Origin: Eledone cirrhosa
Lineage: Eukaryota
Assembly: GCA_964016885.1 (NCBI GenBank)
Contig: OZ024741.1
Span: 339,202,001 to 339,266,000, forward strand
DNA: 64,000 bases
Direction: 5' to 3'
In this document: positions 12,392 to 25,987 of the stretch, in pieces
Layout of the letters: every line of letters begins with the position of its first letter
How positions within the stretch are numbered: the first letter of the stretch is position 1
Notes under the pieces: generated by a model
The model's input: the letters and a program-made list of their open reading frames with translations, nothing else
Databases searched by the model: none
Told to the model about the DNA's origin: nothing
Made by a program: the position numbers and the translations under genes

Positions 12392-13862
12392 TGAATTCAA
12401 CGGGATTTGAACTCATACCGTAAAGGGCCATGACTCTATGCTGCAAAGCATGGTGTCCGACTCTCTACTGATACAGCCAATCCACCCACCTCATGATAAT
12501 ACTAATAATAATGATTTCTTCATTAACCACAAAGGTTTTACATCAAGAAAAACATTATGACAGTACAGGACGAAAACATAGAGTGTGTGTATGTGTGTAG
12601 TAATTGTTTCTACTTTTGGCACAAGGCCAGCAATTATCCCAGTGTATTACTGGTACTTTATTTTATCGACCCCGTAAAGATGAAAGGCAAAGTTAACCTG
12701 CAGGACTTGAACTCAGAACATAAAGGGCCGTAACTCTTTGCTACAAAGTATGTGTGTAATAATTGTTTCTACTTTTAGCACGAGGCTAGCAGTTATCCCA
12801 GTGCATTACTGGTACTTCATTTTATCGACCCCGTAAGGATGAAAGACAAAGTTAACGGGATTTGAACTCAGTATGTGTGTAATAATGCTTTCTGATTTAA
12901 GCACATGATCAACATTTTGTGGGGGGTGGGGAATGTCGAGTAAATCGATCGCAGTGCATGACTGGTACTTTATTTTATCGACCCCGTAAGGATGAAAGAC
13001 AAAATTTTAAATGAATGTTTTTCTTTTCTTCAACATTTCTATTTCTTTATATTTTTTTACCTTATATTTCATCCTCGTGTACCATTATATTATTATCATT
13101 AATATTATTATTGATAGAGTCAGACGCCATGCTTTGCAGCATAGAGTTACGGCCCTTTATGATCTGAGTTTAAATCCCGCCAAGGTTAACTTTGCCTTTC
13201 ATCCTTACGGGGTAAATAAAATAAAGTCCCAGTTACGCACTAGGGTCGATTTAATCGACTTTCCCCTACCAAAAATTGCTGGCCTTGTGCCTATATAAGA
13301 AACCATTATTGAGTTCAAATCCCGCCGAAGTTAACTTTGCCTTTCATCCTTACAGGGTCTATAAAATAAAGCACCAGTAATACACTGGGATAATTGCAGG
13401 CCTTCTGCCAAAAGTAGAAACAATTATTATTATTATTAGCATCGGGTCGGATTGGCAGTATCGGTAGAAGGTCGGACGCCATGCTTTGCAGCATAGAGTT
13501 ACGGCCCTTTATGATCTGAGTTGAAATCCCACCGAAGTTAACTTTGCATCGGGTCGGATTGGCAGTATCGGTAGAAGGTCGGACGCCATGCTTTGCAGCA
13601 TAGAGTTACGGCCCTTTATGATCTGAGTTGAAATCCCACCGAAGTTAACTTTGCCTTTCATCTTTCAGGGTCGATAAAATAAAGTACCAGTAATGCACTA
13701 AGGTAATTGCTGGCCTTGTGCCAAAAGTAGAAACAATTATCATTATTAACATCATCATCGAGGTTAACTTTGCCTTTCATCCTTACGGAGGTCGATAAAA
13801 TAAAGTACCAGTAATACACTGGGTTATTGCTGGCCTTGTGCCAAAAGTAGGAACAATTATTA
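12392..13862. mobile_element. Cluster of about 8 SINE copies/fragments (minus to ~13005, plus from ~13115)
   Basis: Repeated SINE core and GGCCTTGTGCCAAAAGTAGAAAC tail. Exact ~107-bp tandem duplication at 13439-13653. Confidence 0.88.
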
Positions 13863-14335
13863 ACATCATCATCATCATCATCATCATTTTTTATTATTAC
13901 GAATTATTAATGATATTGTTACTGTCGTTGTGGTTATTTTTTGTTGTTTATGTCAATATTATCAGACAGGAGAAGAAGGAGAAGGAGAAGAGGTTTAAAA
14001 AGAAAAAAGAAAAAGAAGGATATGAAAAAGAAGAAGCGGAAGAAGGAGGAGGAGGAGAGGATATGAAAAAGAAGAAGAAGGCATTATAATGGGGAATAAC
14101 ATTCCTCCCATTTCTTGTGCAAGTTGTTAAGGAAGAGTGTTTCTATTCTGAAGACAGTCAACAGTAAATGAAGCAAACAAACACATTCAACAACAACAAT
14201 AACAACAGCAATAAAATACAGTTTCAGTTCCTCCTTTCCCCAAGCTCCACACCCCACTGCCATTTTCTTATCCCCCTACCCCTCATAAAAGAAGCAAATA
14301 TCTTTGTTTTGCTTGGGTTTCTCAATGTCATTTCC

Positions 14336-14645
14336 ATTGTTGTTGTTGTTGTTGTTGTTGCCATTGCTGTAGTTGTTATTGTTGCTTATGATAATGATGA
14401 TGATGATGATGATGATAATGATGGTGGTGATGGTGTTAATGGTGATGATGATGATGATGATGGTGGTGATGGTGATTATGGTGATGATGATGGTGGTGAT
14501 GACAATGAGGATGATGATGATGATGGTGGTGTTGACAATGAGGATGATGATGATGGTGGTGATGGTGATCGTGATGAGGATGATGATGATGAGGATGACG
14601 ACGATGAGGATGACTACGATGATGATGATGATGATGATGATGATA
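14336..14645. repeat. (GTT)n/(GAT)n low-complexity tract
   Basis: Trinucleotide repeats. Confidence 0.9.
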
Positions 14646-14932
14646 TTACTGCTGTTGGTTTAGTGTTCTGCTTTCTCTTTGGTAGCCATATTGTCTGCCT
14701 ACTCCTTGTTTTTTTATATTTTTTTCGAAAAATAAAAAATAATATAAATAGAAGAACAAAATAAAAGACAGAATTTTCCAGAGAAAATGGTTGTCACACT
14801 CTGAATGTAAGTTGGATTTTCAATGAAAAACTAAAGAAAATTTTCTTTAAGAGAGCACACATCCGGAATCTTTTACATACTACTGTATCAACGTCTCAAT
14901 ACAGCTTGTTGTCTTTCTTCTTCTTCTCTCTC

Positions 14933-15054
<122 letters not shown>

Positions 15055-15150
15055 GCTTGTATATATATATATATATATATATGTGTGTATGCACACACAC
15101 ATGTATGTATATATATCTGTGTGTGTACATATAGGTATCTTACAACTTAC

Positions 15151-15207
15151 TTTAGATTTCTTTTCACTGCAATCTTCGTTGTCACAACTTTCTTCTCTTT
15201 TGTTTCT
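15151..15207 (-). CDS. Candidate 57-nt exon
   Basis: TTTGGCAG acceptor and perfect GTAAGT donor. Open as [19 protein letters not shown]. Confidence 0.2.
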
Positions 15208-15276
15208 CTGCCAAATCAAGATGGGCTGGCATAGAATGGGCTTTTATTTATCTATTTGCCTTTTCTCATTATTATC

Positions 15277-15450
15277 AGTATCGGTAGAGCGTCAGACACG
15301 ATGCGTTGCAGCATAGGAGTTATGGCCCGTTACGTTCGGAGTTAAAATCCAGCTAGGTTAACTTTGCCCTGCATCCTTATTGGGTTGATAAAATAAAGTA
15401 CCAGTAATGCACTGGGGTAATTGCTGGCCTTGTGCCAAAAGTAGAAACAT
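15277..15450 (+). mobile_element. SINE (diverged)
   Basis: Same head, core and tail as 10575, with an (ATT)n tail. Confidence 0.85.
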
Positions 15451-15479
15451 TATTATTATTATTATTATTATTATTATCG

Positions 15480-17335
15480 ATCCCATACTCCTTCAAATCC
15501 TACTACAGCAGGTCCCAAGGAACGCGACCACTTGCCTTTTTGAGGAGGTCTACAAAACAATGATATACCTCTTGGCCATACTTACACAATTTCTCCAAAA
15601 CCCGTTGTGTTGTGAATATTTGGTCAGCTATGCTACATCCAGGGTGAAAACTGCACTGTTTATCAGCTAACTTGGACTTGACAATCTCCCTACATCTCTT
15701 TGCCAGATACTTAGCATAGACTTTACCGGAGAGGTTTAACAAAGAGATACCTCTGTAATTGGAACAATCTCTCTTGTCTCCCTTTTTGAAAATTGGGATT
15801 ATCATTCCCGATTGCCATTGCTTAGGCACCTTTCCAGAGATTCAGGCCACCTGATACACCAGTCAGCCAGAGAATACCTTTTCTATTTAAAGCTTTTAAC
15901 ATCTCAGGCTGGATTTCATTATCCCCAGCGGCCTTGCCACATTTGAGCTCTTTAATTACTCTTGTTACCTCAGCCTCGGAGAGATTACTTGCCACTCTCA
16001 GATGCACCTCATGTACATTAGAAGATGCTGTTGTGATTGGGTTTAGGAGATCAGCAAAGTATTCTCTCCACCTCCTGAGGATGCACTTCTCTGAAGAGAG
16101 GAGAACCCCAGGTGCATGACTAATAGCATGTGTGGAGGAGAACTTTTACTACGAAGTCGGTGGATGCTCTGCCAGAACACCTTATTTGCCGATCTGAAGT
16201 CAGATTCCAGCTTAACCCGAAAGCCCGCTCATGTCTTAACTTTGGATGCTTTTACTGTTTCTGCTGTGATTCTTCATGCCTGTTTATACCACAAGTGCAA
16301 GAAGGAGGATTTGTTTCCAATCCAAGATTTGTAGACCCCCTTGTTTGCTTGGATGGCATCTTTGACCCCTTGATTAAACCAAGGGGTCCTCCTGCCATCC
16401 AGCATACACGTTTTCACCGACAGAATTTAACAGCTTAAGCAGAATTTGCTGAGCGAACAATCCCCACTGTCTTAACCTCAGTTTGCTCAGGAAATTCTCT
16501 GAATTTTGATGCAATAGTATCTGAATACCTGGTCCTGACTTCCTTATCCACTAATGCTTCCCACTTTATTCTGTAGGTTACTATGAACCTGCTAGTTTTG
16601 GCTTTAGGTAGTCTCAATTTGCAGAAAACTAGATGGTGATCAGTTGACAGCTCAGCCCTTAACACAAACATCCAGCACAGAATCAAAGAGATCAGAGACA
16701 ATAACAAAATCAGTTATTGATCTCTGTCCCTGATTCCCCTTATACTATGTATATTTATGGATGTCTCTGTGCAGGAAAAAGGTGTTTATAATAGAGAGTC
16801 CATTGCTATAACAGAAGTCTAATAAGGCCTCTCCTTTCATATTTAGATTGGTATTGCCATTCCTTCCAATCATTCCTTTCCATGTCAGATAGTCAGTGCC
16901 AACATGTGCATTGACATCCCTCATTAGGATATATGACTCAGTCTTAACTACATCTAACACTGCAGTGGCTTCATTAAGGAAGGATCCATATTTAGACTCT
17001 ATGTTTGGAGCATAAACTGGCATCACCCACAGAGATTTATCTTTCAGTCTAAGTTTCATGAGGCAAATCTTCCTTCCTAATGGGATCTAGTCAATAACAT
17101 ATTCTGACAGCTAGGAGCTTGTGAGTATCCCCACTGTGCAGTCAGTTCTGATGCCACACCTGAATGGTGGAGTTTCCATCCTCCATCCAAATCTACAGTA
17201 TGAGAGGCACAGAACTTTGTTGAGGAAACCCGGACTACATCTAGCCGGTAGCATCTAGCTTCCTCCACTAGTTCCTGCTCCTTACCTGTAAGGGCTACAA
17301 TGTTACAGGTTCCAATTGTCAAGGTTTTCTTCCTT
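15480..17335 (-). mobile_element. RTE-clade LINE remnant: AP endonuclease and N-terminal RT
   Basis: IGTCNI, VYAPN, DVNAHVG, NTFF.HRDIHKYT, STDHHLV, GKAAGD, IIPIFKKGDKRDCSNYRGISLL and FVDL.KA, with many frameshifts. Confidence 0.9.
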
Positions 17336-17429
17336 CTGAATCAGGTTGGTAATGGTATCATGACTGATGGGTGTAAAATCAGTCTGCTGGAATTTGACAT
17401 GGTTTTACTTAACTCGACAGAAGTTGATC

Positions 17430-17905
17430 TCCAAATTACACTTGATAGGTTTGATAGGAATGAAAATCAGTGCTGCAAAAACTGAGACACCCGTCCTCTC
17501 AAGGAAGTCTGTGCATTGCATTCTACATGTGAATGGAGTTCCACTGAAGTGAAGAAATTAAAGTATCTCTGGGGTGTGTTCAGATGATGGAAGGCAGGAG
17601 GTTGAATTAAGTGCAAGAATTTCAGGAGCTGATGCAGTAATGCGCCAACTTCAGCATTTGGAAATTAGAAGAAGGGAGGTAGGTGTAAAAGCCAAACTTG
17701 CTATCTTCAATTCGGTATTCATGCCAACCTTTACCTATGGTCATGAATCTTGGATGATGACCAAAAGAATACTATTGCAAATACAAGTGGTCGAAATTAA
17801 GTCCCTCTGAAGGGTCTTTGGAGTAACGTTACTCAATAGAGTGCATGACTCGGAGATCAGAGAGTCATTCCTGGTAGATCTGTTATTTCTCCTAATTTAG
17901 AGATT
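17430..17905 (+). mobile_element. RTE-clade LINE C-terminal RT remnant
   Basis: GMKISAAKTE, DDGRQEVELSARI and KLAIFNSVFMPTFTYGHESW. Homologous to 44910-45335. Confidence 0.85.
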
Positions 17906-19146
17906 CAGTGTCTGTGCATTACTGACTTGTGGAGTTATGTCGAACAGATGTTATCAGATGTAGGATGGATCCGGTTATCGACCGAGTCCATAATGAAGAT
18001 TTCCCCACTACCTTCTTTTAGCTAGGAAGGGTAGGCAGTTTTCCTCTGTCTGGTGGCTGTAGCAAAAGAGGTGGTGTGGTGAAACAAGTTGAAAGGACTG
18101 AGACAGACACTTATCTCTTTTCACTTGGAAAGGAAGGCAAGGATGGAGAGAGAAGTGCTGCTCTCTGTACATTTGCTAAAAGGTGGGTTGAATGTGGTAA
18201 CAATGACCTGTAAAAATAAGCCTACTCTGAGCATGCACCTGTAGGCTGGTTAGTTTGAGGAAGCATTAGGTGGTTCAGGATTGGTGAGGAACCAGAGTCG
18301 CCCCTACGTGATTTTTCCTGTCCTATTGGGGAATTCTATTGTTTGTGTTTTCATTGTTTATTGTTATTGTTGTATTTTTTTTTTTACTCAATGTTTTGTA
18401 AAGCCCCGCTGTCCCTGTCTTTTTGTAATATCCTCTATATGAAGGCCCTATAATATAATATCCCCTATATCCCATATATGAAAGCCATTGTGGCCAAGGT
18501 TAACTTTGCCTTTCATCCTTACGGGGTCGATAAAATAAAGTACCAGTAATGTACTGAGTAATTGCTGGCCTTGTGCCAAAAGTAGAAACAATTATTATTA
18601 ACTTTTTCAAGTTTCACTTGAAGAGGAAAATCAAGGTGGAGAGACAAGTGCTGTCTTCTAGCAAGTTTGTTGAAAGGTGGGTGAATGTAGCGAGAATGGT
18701 CCGAGTGAACGGGACCGCGCTAAATATACGCTTGTAGTTTGAGGAATGGTTCCTCACCAATCCTGAACCATCCAATGCTTCCTCAAACTAACCAGCCTAC
18801 AGGTGCATGCCCAGAGTAGGCCTATTTTTACAGGCCATTGTTACCACATTCAAAATTGAGAGAGGGTGCTTGCACTGGTGGTCAGGGTGGCCATGGTCTT
18901 TTGTGTGGTTTTCGCCACGAGTAACCCTCGGAGGTTTCCCCCTATTGGTGAATTTTTCATTGTTTGAATTTTCATTTTTATTGTTTATATATATATATGT
19001 TTCTATGTCTTTTTTCTTTTTCGTTTCTTATATAAATAATAAAAATCTTTAAACGCACAAAATCCACATCATACCGTCCTGTACCGTCTTGTGCCGTCTA
19101 TAATGTTTTTCTTGATGTCAACACTTGTGGCCAATAAAGAAATCTT
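17905..19146 (+). mobile_element. Two Tx1-like LINE 3' fragments, a SINE piece (18493-18597) and an inverted insert (18748-18852)
   Basis: Homologous to 20030-20690. Fragments end in GTGGCCAA and GTGGCCAATAAAGAAAT. Confidence 0.85.
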
Positions 19147-19149
19147 GTT

Positions 19150-20690
19150 ATGCAGCTCGGCACCTGGAGAGAAGTCCATGCCGTCCGACAGCGTCGTGGG
19201 GCGTTGGACGGACGGACCGGTTAAATTGCTCGGGGTCTGGTTCAGACCGGACCTCCAGATGGAGAAAAACTGGAGTGAAGTGACGAGCAAGGTGGCCTCC
19301 CTCACCCAGAAATGGGCCGAGAGGAAGCTGTCCCTGAAAGGCCGGGCGGAGGTGGCGAATGTGTACATCGCATCCGTCATCTGCTACCGCCTCACCATCG
19401 TCCCTTTCCCCGGCCCAACTCTCACCAAAATGGAGCGCCTCCTCTTCTGCTTTTTGTGGAAGGGACGCGCTCCCATGGTCAGACGATCCATCTGCTGTCA
19501 ACACCCATTGCGTGGAGGACTGGGCATGCCATGGCTGATGATGCGCAAACATGCGCTGAGGCTGCGACATCTCTGGTGCTTCCTTGACGGTGAACAGGTG
19601 TGGTCGCCGTTCGCCAGGCACGTTTTCCCACAGCTCGTCTCCTTGATGGAGCTGTAGTCCTGGATCAGGAAAAGACCGAGGGATAGCGCTTGGAAACTGG
19701 AATGTCTCCAGGCGCTCACTGCCCTCTGCCAGCTGGGCACCAGTATCGGTGGAATACCCACCTCGGCGTTCTATAGAGGACTAGTGGAGGGGAAGAGCGA
19801 CGACGTTCTCGGAGAAATCCTGGGCGTCGAAGAAGATCAGCTGTTTGCTCTTTTCCGGAGAACTTTCAGCCCAGGGCCTATGGATAACTTCCAAAAATCC
19901 CTGGCCTGGCAGTGCTACCGGGGAGCGTTGCCGGTTCGAGATAAACTCTACAGGCATGGAAGTGCCGTCAGCCGAGCCTGTCCGAGATGCGCGCAGAACG
20001 ACGAAACTGTCGTGCACGCACTCGTTCAGTGTCCGAGCATTGCTGACTTGTGGAGCTATGTCGAATAGTTGCTGTCATGTGTAGGACTGATCCGGTTATC
20101 GACTGAGTCCATTGTGCAGATGGTCTCGCCGTCTTCCTTCGAGGAGGAAGGGCAGGCGGTTTTCATCTGCCTGGTGGCCATGGGGAAAGAGATTGTGTGG
20201 TGGACAAGGTTGAAAGGGTTAAAGACAGATACTTTCCTCTTCAGCGAATCCCTAATTAACTTTTTCAAGTTTCACTTGAAGAGGAAAATCAGGATGGAGA
20301 GACAAGTGCTGCCTTCTAGCAAGTTTGTTGAAAGATGGGTGAATGTAGCGAGAATGGTCCGAGTGAACGGGACCGCTCTGAATATACGCCTGTAGTTTGA
20401 GAAATGGAAAAATTGAGAGAGGGCGCTTGCCCTGGTGGTCAGGGTGGCCGTGGTCTTTTGTGTGGTTTTCGCCACGAGTAACCCTCAGAGGTTTCCCCCT
20501 ATTGGGGAATTTTTCATTGTTTCAATTTTCATTTTTATTGTTTATATATATATATGTTTCTATGTCTTTTTCTTTTTCTTTTCTTATATAAATAATAAAA
20601 ATCTTTACACGCACAAAACCCACATCGTACCGTCCTGTGCCGTCTGTAATGTTTTTCTTGATGTCAGCCCTTGTGGCCAATAAAGAAATA
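19150..20690 (+). mobile_element. 5'-truncated L1/Tx1-like LINE (RT C-terminus, zf-RVT region, 3' UTR)
   Basis: VKLLGVWF, KLSLKGRAEVAN, GGLGMP and CPRC...ETVVHALVQC. Ends CCTTGTGGCCAATAAAGAAAT then (AAT/ATT)n. In-frame stops present. Confidence 0.92.
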
Positions 20691-20833
20691 ATAATTATTA
20701 TTATTGTTACTATTATTATAAAAGAATATATAAAAAAGTAGAAACAATTATAATAATAATAATTGTTTCTACTTTAGGCACAAGGCCAGCAATTACCCAG
20801 TGCATTACTGGTACTTTTAATAATAATAATAAT

Positions 20834-23800
20834 GATTTCATTTATTGGCCACAAGGGCCGACATATAGGGGACAATACAAAAGACTGGGACAGTGGGGTT
20901 TTACAGAAAAATCGAGTAAACAATATGAATAAACAAAGTAACAATAACAAAGTAACAATAAAGTAACAATAAAATTACAACAAGAAAAAATTCCCCAATA
21001 GGGGGGGGATTACCACCTAGGGTTCGCTCAGGTACCCATACCAGTCCTGAACGACCCGACGCTTCGAGAGCACCCTGGAAGGGCACCCCTCTCCTCTTCA
21101 AATTTACCTACCTACAGCCGCATGACCAGAGTAGGCCCACTTACACGGGCCATTCTCGCCACATTCACCCACCTTTCAGCAAATGTACTGGGGGGCAGCA
21201 CTTCTCTCTCCACCCTCACCTTCCTTTCCAAGTGAAACTTGAAAAAGTTGATGAGGGATTGGCCGAAGAGAAAAGTGTCTGTCTTCAGTCCTTTCAACCT
21301 CGTCCACCATACAACCTCTTTCGCTACTGCCACCAGACAGAGGAAAATTGCCTGCCCTTCCTGGCTAAAAGAAGGCGGCGGATCCGTTCTACACGCGACA
21401 ACAGCTGTTCAACATAACTCCACAAGTCAGTAATGCACGGACACTGGACGAGAGCGTGCAGAACGGTTTCGTCGCTCTGCGCGCATCTCGGACAGGTCCG
21501 TCTGACAGCACTTCCGTGCCTGTAGAGTTTATCTCGAACCGGCAGTGCCCCACGGTAGCACTGCCAAGCGAGGGATTTTTGGAAATTATCCATCGTCCCC
21601 GGATTGAAAGTCCTCCGGTACAGACTGGTTAGTTCGCCTTCGTTGACTCCCAGAGCCTCTCCGAGTGCGTCGTCGCACTTGCCCACCACTAATCCTCTAT
21701 AGAACTCGAGAGTGGAAGTTCCACTGACCGCATTGCCCACCTGGTAGAGGGCAGTGAGTGCCTGGCAACATTCCAGATGCCAGTCACCCAGTCTCGGTCT
21801 CTTCTTGACCCAGGACTGCAACTCAGTCAAAGAAACGAGCTGCGGAAAGGCCCGTCTAACAAACGGCGACCACACCTGTTCACCGTTTAGGCAGAATATC
21901 TGGAGATGCCGCAACCTCAGCGCGTGCCTGCGCATCATTAGCCACGGCATGCCCAGCCCTCCACGTAGAGGGTGCTGGCATCAGATGGACCGCCTCACCA
22001 GCGGAACCTGACCCCTCCACAAGAATTTGAAGAGGAGCCGCTCCAAGATGGTGAGGCGCGAACGGGGGCAAGGGACGACAGTCAGACGGTAGTAGATGAC
22101 GGACGCGATGTACGCGTTCGCCAGCTCCGCCCGACCTTTCAGTGATAGCTTCATCCCAGCCCATTTCTGGGTGAGACTGACTACTCTGCCCGTCACCTCG
22201 TCCCAATTCTTATCCACCTGGAGGTCTGGTCCGAACCAAACACCTAGCAACTTTACCGGCCCGTCCGTTCAGCGCCTAACGACGCTGTTGGACTGCATGG
22301 ACTTGCCTCTCCAGGTGCCGAGTTGCAAGCCCACTGACTTTTCCGGGTTAAGTTTTGCTCCCGTCAACCTTTCATATTCCCCCAATAAGTTGCCGACCAC
22401 CTCGATTTCTGAGGTGTCCGACACCATCACGGTGATGTCCGCATAAGCCGACACAGCCTTTCCGCGTCCCGGTTCGAGCGGGATGCCCTGCAACAGCTCC
22501 AGCTTCCGCAGTAAAGGCTCGAGAGTCAATACGTACAGAAGGGAGGAGAGAGGGCACCTTTGACGGACCGATCGGGAGATCTGAAACGGTTCCGAGAGGC
22601 GGCCATTAATTTTGACCATCGAGCAGGTGCCGCTGTGCATTGCAGCGATCCAGCTTCTGAAGACGGGGCCGAAGCCAGCTGCTTTGAGGACAAACTCCAG
22701 ATACCGATGGTCGACCCTATCGAATGCTTTCGATTGATCTAAATTGATCAGTGCCCCACCGAAGCCAGGTTTACACCCTACCCTCTCTATGATGTATCGC
22801 ATGAGGTGGAGATTGTCGTGTATGGACCTGGCTGGGATTGCGCAAGTTTGCGCCTCCCCAACCAAATCCTCGACGACAAGCGCCAATCTCTTTGCTAACA
22901 CCTTGGCCAAAATCTTAAACTCTGTGTTGAGCAGAGTTATGGGCCTGAAGTTGTCTAATGTGTCCCTCTTGTTCTCGTCTTTCCTTATCAGCGTCACCAC
23001 TCCCCTGCTCACAGAACTGGGTGACTTGCGCCTCATGCAGCCGACAAGGGCGTCCTGAATTTCGGCTGAAGTAATCGGCCTTTCGCAGCACTCAGCGTCG
23101 GCCGTCGAGATGCGCGGCAAGCCGTCAAGGTAGGGACTGAAATCCGCTACTCTCTCTGACTCGTCACTCTCCCTGAACAACCGAGCAAAGTGCTGGCGAA
23201 AGGCCTCACACATCCGCTTGGAATCGCTTATCTCGTGTCCGTCTCGGTCCGCCAAAGACCGAATTGTGGTTTTATTACCACGCTGCGCCTCCGCCACGCG
23301 GGCCCATCGAACAGCTTTAGTTCCCTCGTTTCTCAGCGCACGCGCCTTAGCTCTGACAATGCAACCTTCGTGTTTGGCATTGAAAAAATGGTCTAATGCC
23401 ATTCTCGCCGCTAGCACGTCAGTTGCGATGCCACTACAAATAGCCTCGTCTAACTTATCTACCAGCTCTCTCTCCTTTCTATTTTTCTCTAACGCTAGTT
23501 CTTTGCTGAACTCTATCGAAGTTACTCTAATCTCTCTTTTGACAGCCCCCACCATCTGTTGTTGATGATCCCCCCTGTCAACTTTTGCTTAACTAAATTG
23601 TTGACTCGGTCCCTGTAAGCCTTACGTGCCGGAAATGACATGTTCAGCTTCCAGTAACCCGGTCCTAACCTACGCGTTTTATTTAGGTCGACCGTACAGA
23701 TCACAAATTTGTGATCTGAATAGGCGACCGTTTTAAAAAGTGGACAGCCCACACTATTTATATCTATTTTCCTAATGAAGATCCTGTCTATATACGGTTG

Positions 23801-24250
23801 GCATATTGGGGAAATCTAGTCGATACCTGTCAGACAGTTGGAACTGGCTGAGTAGGTGCTTGAGGCTTTTGCACCACCCCGCTCCTATCGGCTACTCCCA
23901 CACAATCCCAGCGTGCATCTAAGATGTCATTCCAGTACCCCGCTAACAGTAAAGGGCGAGACGTACCCAGAAAGGTCTCCAGGCGCCTAAAGAAGTCAGG
24001 TCGTCCGGTCCCTGTAGGGGCGTAGACGGCCAGCAGTCTAAAGGCACCACCTTCGCTACTGCTCACATCCAAGACCACCAACTTACCGTCCGGGTCCCGG
24101 AAGATCGACCTTACCTCGAGATCCAGTCCTTTCCTAAACAGCACTGCCACCCCACCCCCTATTCCCCGCCTGCTAACAGATGCGAAGATCTGATAGTCGT
24201 CGAAAATGGGGGCTAGTGCGCGCGTGTCGGAAATTCTGGTCTCGCTTATA
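20834..24250 (-). mobile_element. L1/Tx1-like LINE ORF2 (APE, RT, Cys finger) and 3' UTR, disrupted
   Basis: VYAP, SDHKFV, GPGYWKLN, NFRPITLLNTEFKILAKVLA, LDQSKAFDRVDH, VRQRCPLSSLLY, AYAD and CPRC..ET..H..C. Apparent internal deletion after KSP (~23020). Confidence 0.95.
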
Positions 24251-25029
24251 ATAATAATAATAATTATTATTATTACAGTTATTTAGATTTTTGTGTTTTT
24301 TGTCTTTTAGTATCAGTATTAATTGCTTTCCATCTTTTATGAAATTCTCGTTATATCCAATGTAATTTTCTAAGTGTTCAAATGTGGTTAGATTAGATTT
24401 GATTCACCTCCATTTTTACTAATTCTTTTGTCAATGCCTTAAGCCAACCTTTCTCAAGTGCTTCCTTCTAACATAATCTTTCAATTTATAAATCTTCGCA
24501 TGTTTGTTTGTAATCAGTAACTTTCGATGTCATTGCTGTGGTTTCATGGATCTGCAAGCTCCAATCCAATGGGCCTCTGATAAACAACTCTCGTTTCTAC
24601 TAAATATACCCAGACACATGGCTGTGTAGTTAATAAGTTTGCCTTGCAGCCAAGTAGTTGTGTTCAACTCCTTTACTCAACATTCTCTGGACAAAGTCTC
24701 TTGGCTCATAGCTTTTCATTTTTTTTACCTTTTAACTCTTAAGGGCTCTGTACCATATGAAATTGCATTAACAAATAATTCTTAAAAACAACAGCACTAT
24801 CACTGAATCAACATTAAAAATTAAAATTTTTACACCAAAACTGCAAATTTTCACAAAATCTATCCCTAGTAAAGATACTATAAACATTTGAATTAACAAA
24901 GTGGTTCTCCAGTCATCTGATGGAACATCAAGCCATTTTCCTCTGCACTAACAGCTGAAAAGAAAACTGCTAAACTGAACAGTCCCCACTCCATTTCAAT
25001 GTCCTCAGTTTGATAAGAGAGTTCTCTAA

Positions 25030-25223
25030 ATAATTGTTTCTACTATTGGCACAAGGCTAGTAATTACCCCAGTGCATTACTGGTACTTTATTTTATCAAC
25101 CCCCGTAAGGATGAAAGGCAAAGTTAACCTCGGCGGGATTTGAACTCAGAATGGCAAGGGCCGCAACACTACGCGTCAAAGCATGGCGTCCGACCCTCTA
25201 CCGATACTGCCAATTCACCACCC
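25030..25223 (-). mobile_element. Full-length SINE with 15-bp TSD
   Basis: Near-identical to the 10575 copy. AGTTCTCTAAATAAT at 25020-25034 and 25227-25241. Confidence 0.92.
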
Positions 25224-25344
25224 TTTAGTTCTCTAAATAATAACAAGTAGAAGAATATCAGAATGTGATAAAGAACTTATCATCTCACATTCCTAGGTAT
25301 ACAGAATACATGATAAAAATCTAGTGGACTTAACAAAATCATGG

Positions 25345-25722
25345 TACTGATGGTAGTGGTAATGGTATTATAGTGGTGGTAGTAGTTATGGTGGTATTCT
25401 AGTGATGGTAGTAGTTGTAGTATTTGTGGCAGTAGTTGTAGCAATAGTAGTAGTAGTAGTAGTAGTTGTAGTAGTAGTAGTAGTAGTAGTAATTGTAGTA
25501 ATGGTAGTAGAAGTAGTAGTTTTAGTAATGGTGGTAGTAGAAGTAGTAGTAGTAGCAACAGCAGCAGTAGTAGTAGTAGTAGTAGTAGTAGTAATGGTAG
25601 TAGTAGTAATAGTAATTGTAGTAATGGTAGTAGAAGTAGTAGTTTTAGTAATGGTGTAGTAGTAGTAGTAGTAATGGTAGTAGTAGTAGTAGCAGCAGCA
25701 GCAGCACTAGTAGTAGTAGTAA

Positions 25723-25776
<54 letters not shown>
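25345..25776. repeat. (AGT)n-type microsatellite
   Basis: Imperfect GTA repeats. Confidence 0.9.
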
Positions 25777-25896
25777 AAATGAAATAAATACAAATATATG
25801 AATGTATGTATAGTATATACCGTATGTTTAATTAAAAACATTTAAAAGACCATACGCTATCAGTTTTAAAGTAGTGACTATGTCACTTACTTCTTT

Positions 25897-25987
25897 TTTT
25901 CGGCGAAAGAAGGGAGAGAAGCTGACAGTCTGTTTCACGCTGGTTGGCGTTCATCAGAGCCACGCATTCCCCTGCTTCCGCAGAAAA
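25897..25987 (-). ncRNA. Canonical type I hammerhead ribozyme with extended stem I
   Basis: Minus strand reads GGCU-CUGAUGA-ACGC caacca GCGU-GAAACA gac UGUC-AGCU. Distal pairing of UUUUCuGCGGAAGcAGGG with CCCUuCUUUCGCcGAAAA. Confidence 0.8.

Noticed and set aside
13439-13653. Exact 107-bp tandem duplication of a SINE head as a dimeric SINE
   Set aside because: Perfect identity at one locus fits a local duplication or an assembly artefact.
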